A stretch of 63,994 nucleotides of DNA, the filler included, from Lama guanicoe (taxonomy: Eukaryota), in assembly GCA_013239625.1 (NCBI GenBank). It is 93 parts of 93 records of this genome, joined end to end, with 100 filler letters (N's around TTAATTAATTAA, not from the genome) between each part and the next. Parts side by side here need not be neighbours in the genome. Positions count along the whole stretch, not along the records: positions 61,338 to 61,739 come from PNXV01029200.1; positions 61,840 to 62,276 come from PNXV01029201.1; positions 62,377 to 62,889 come from PNXV01029202.1; positions 62,990 to 63,412 come from PNXV01029203.1; positions 63,513 to 63,994 come from PNXV01029207.1; 88 more parts are not named here. One strand, written 5' to 3'. Made by a program: the position numbers and the translations under genes. Below the pieces are notes generated by a model, which saw only the letters and a list, made by a program, of their open reading frames with translations, did not search any database and had not been told where the DNA came from. This document shows positions 61,338 to 63,994 of the stretch, in pieces (positions within the stretch are counted from its first letter, which is position 1; the number at the start of each line of letters is the position of its first letter).

Positions 61338-61739
61338 CAGGCCAGGCCGCCGGGAGATGGGAGCAAATCAACAGGCTCGCAGGGGCAGACCCCTTTCCCT
61401 GCAGCGGCGGCACAGGCCGCCGCCCCCGCAAACCCCCCCCCACCTGACAGCACAGCGCCCGCCTCCCAGGAGAAGACTGCCTGCGACACGTGCACCCCAC
61501 GAACATGGGGAAGCAAGACCGGCGGGGTCCAGGCCGCGGGGAACTAGGGTACACATCCAGGGGCTCGCACGGGGCAGCCCCCATGCCCCCGCGGCCGCAG
61601 CCGCCGCGGCCGCGGCCTCGAGACCACACCGCCCCCGCCCCCTGGGAGCAGGCCACGGTCTGAGGGCCGGTCGCAGGTGCTCCGGGGCCGTCAGGCGTCC
61701 TCCCACCTCCCGGAGCTGCACCTGCTTTTCCAAACCCCG
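61338..61739. promoter_or_regulatory. CpG-island fragment with a GCC-like tract (unidentified gene)
   Basis: CpG-dense; 'gccccc gcggccgcag ccgccgcggc cgcggcc' at about 61586-61617. Confidence 0.75.
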
Positions 61740-62989
61740 NNNNNNNNNNNNNNNNNNNNNNNNNNNNNNNNNNNNNNNNNNNNTTAATTAATTAANNNNN
61801 NNNNNNNNNNNNNNNNNNNNNNNNNNNNNNNNNNNNNNNAGAATGAGTTAAACTATAATGAACATAAATATGGGGGACTGAGAAAGGAAATAACGGAGGA
61901 ACCTGTGCACATGCAGACAGCTGGAGAAGAGCATTTTGGGCAGAGGAAATAGTGTGTATGGGAAGGATACAGTCATACAGTTTTACACTGAGCTGGAGAG
62001 TCTCTGAAGTCCTCACAATTCAGTTTCCTACTCCACGTGTATGCTTCACCAGAACCATGTGGAGACAGCCTCTGGTCACCAGATAGTAGGGAGTGATGCA
62101 ATTACAAGAACCTGGTCTAGTCCACTGCTTACACAGGTCAGTTTTCATCGTTTGGCATTGGATTAGCCTTTCATGCACAGTTCTGTACCTATATGAAAAC
62201 TACACTGTTAGGGCTGTGCTCTGTTGCTCTGGAGAATGGAAAACCACTTGGGAAAGAGAAAAGAAACCACAAAAAANNNNNNNNNNNNNNNNNNNNNNNN
62301 NNNNNNNNNNNNNNNNNNNNTTAATTAATTAANNNNNNNNNNNNNNNNNNNNNNNNNNNNNNNNNNNNNNNNNNNNAAAAGAGCTGAAAATGCTTTAGAT
62401 GAAAACTAAATTATAAAACGTAATACGAGACACAGTCAATTCTAATATAATTGATCTTCCTCTCGCCTTATGGTTGTAATCTAAGACTTGCTGCCAGTTT
62501 CTAAGGATACGCGTACAGAGTCTTATATCCTGAAACCCACTTCCACTTGACCTGCAAAACAAGTCACTCTTCTAGCTGCTCATTTATCTGGACATTCATT
62601 GGGTACCTACAGTATTTAGAAATTTGATTTGACAGAATGAGATAAAAGCATAAAGATGTGTAGATTCCCCCAGGATAATTTATGAGACCCATGTCTCACT
62701 CCTGAGGTCCAGACCCAAGTGTATGTCCCCAGTGCCCAGAGGAGTGTTTTTGTGTTGTTTTTTGGTTTTTTTCCCAGATCATCCAGGCTCTTGCTCACGC
62801 ACCATGCTATGATTCTTACCACAGCTCTGCCTTCGCTTTCTGTTCCCCACGCGTCCCTCCTCCCCAACACATGCTGCCTCTTCCCTCCANNNNNNNNNNN
62901 NNNNNNNNNNNNNNNNNNNNNNNNNNNNNNNNNTTAATTAATTAANNNNNNNNNNNNNNNNNNNNNNNNNNNNNNNNNNNNNNNNNNNN

Positions 62990-63168
62990 GACAGCAAGAA
63001 GGCAGCCATCTACAAGACAGAAAGAGGGTTGTCTCCAGAAACTGAATCATCCAGCACCTTGATCTTGGGCTTCCCGGCCTCCGGAAGTGTAAGGAAGTTA
63101 ATTTCTGTAGTCTTACCTACCCTGTCTGTAGTATTTTGCTCTGGCAGCCAGAGCAGACTAAGACAGGC
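62990..63168 (+). mobile_element. MLT1A/B-like MaLR LTR 3' half
   Basis: 'gacagcaagaaggcagccatctacaag...cagcaccttgatcttgggcttcccggcctccggaagtgtaagg...gcagccagagcagactaagaca'. Confidence 0.88.
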
Positions 63169-63179
63169 AATCATCATTA

Positions 63180-63412
63180 AAACAACCGATTACAAATTGT
63201 TTTGAAGCAAATTAAAACGTGGGAAATGTCAGCAAAGAAATTACAAAAATAATCATATGAAAATTATAAACTGAAAATACAAAACTGTAAAAAAATCTTA
63301 ACTGAATGGGTTCAATAGTAGAATGAAGATGACAGAGTTGATGGCTTCAATACACTTGAGGGTGAAATAATAGAGTTCACCCAACCTGAACAACAGAGAG
63401 GAAGGAAACTGA
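63180..63412 (+). mobile_element. Old L1 ORF1 relic
   Basis: 'aaattataaactgaaaatac...actgaatgggttcaatagtagaatgaagatgacagag...ccaacctgaacaacagagag'. Confidence 0.75.
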
Positions 63413-63994
63413 NNNNNNNNNNNNNNNNNNNNNNNNNNNNNNNNNNNNNNNNNNNNTTAATTAATTAANNNNNNNNNNNNNNNNNNNNNNNNNNNNNNNN
63501 NNNNNNNNNNNNGAATATCTTTATATAAAGTCTCAGCAAACAGACTAGGATAAGTCTTACAAATAGAAGAACTCCTCAGTTATTTTTAAGGCTTTTGATA
63601 TATAAATTACCAAATTGAGCAGTGTGGGATATATCTTAAAATGTGAATATCTTCAATTATTCAATATTACATTTTAGCTAGATCTTTTATCTAGTAAGAT
63701 TATAAAATGCTCCATTCCTAGTACAATGAAAGGCGTCCTCCTAGATTGAGTGGCCAAACTCTATTTCTCTGAGGGGTTTAAATTATTCCTAAGGAACCAC
63801 TGACTTCATCTGACTCAGTCTTCATATCTGCCTCCCGGAAGATCCAAGTGTAATCCAGCCAGCAATTATCTGTTCATCAATTCTTAATAGAGCTGCCTGA
63901 AATTTAATTGCTTCGTAAGTCCTGTGATTTGTAATTTCAAAGCTATTTTTTACACCTTCCAAAGAAGCAATTTTAAACACATAAACAAAATTAA

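Overview
This window is not a contiguous biological locus. It is about 93 short mammalian genomic fragments (roughly 340-990 bp, all under 1 kb) joined by about 92 identical artificial 100-bp linkers (44 N + TTAATTAATTAA + 44 N, which put stop codons in all six frames). It looks like an artificial 'unplaced contigs' pseudo-scaffold, so adjacency between fragments has no biological meaning. The repeat content (L1, L2, MIR, MLT1/ERVL LTRs, MER5, a mariner-like relic) shows a eutherian mammal. Young L1 3'-tail sequence recalled as camelid-type suggests alpaca, llama or camel (inference). Recognisable gene pieces: (i) an intronless KIF2B-type kinesin-13 motor fragment with an in-frame TAG stop; (ii) a ribosomal-protein-gene promoter and first exon (TCTCGCGAGA, TCT/5'TOP tract, GTGAGT donor), most like RPL17; (iii) several anonymous CpG-island pieces. 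The most notable features are a 126-bp (18 x 7 bp) higher-order satellite, two pairs of co-terminal duplicate contigs about 1.6-2% diverged, a perfect ChoRE-geometry tandem E-box, and a perfect DR4 nuclear-receptor site created by a 10-bp microduplication. I found no support for a novel multi-gene system, and the fragmentation rules out inferring one. Repeat family names come from recalled consensus sequences, and their boundaries are approximate.
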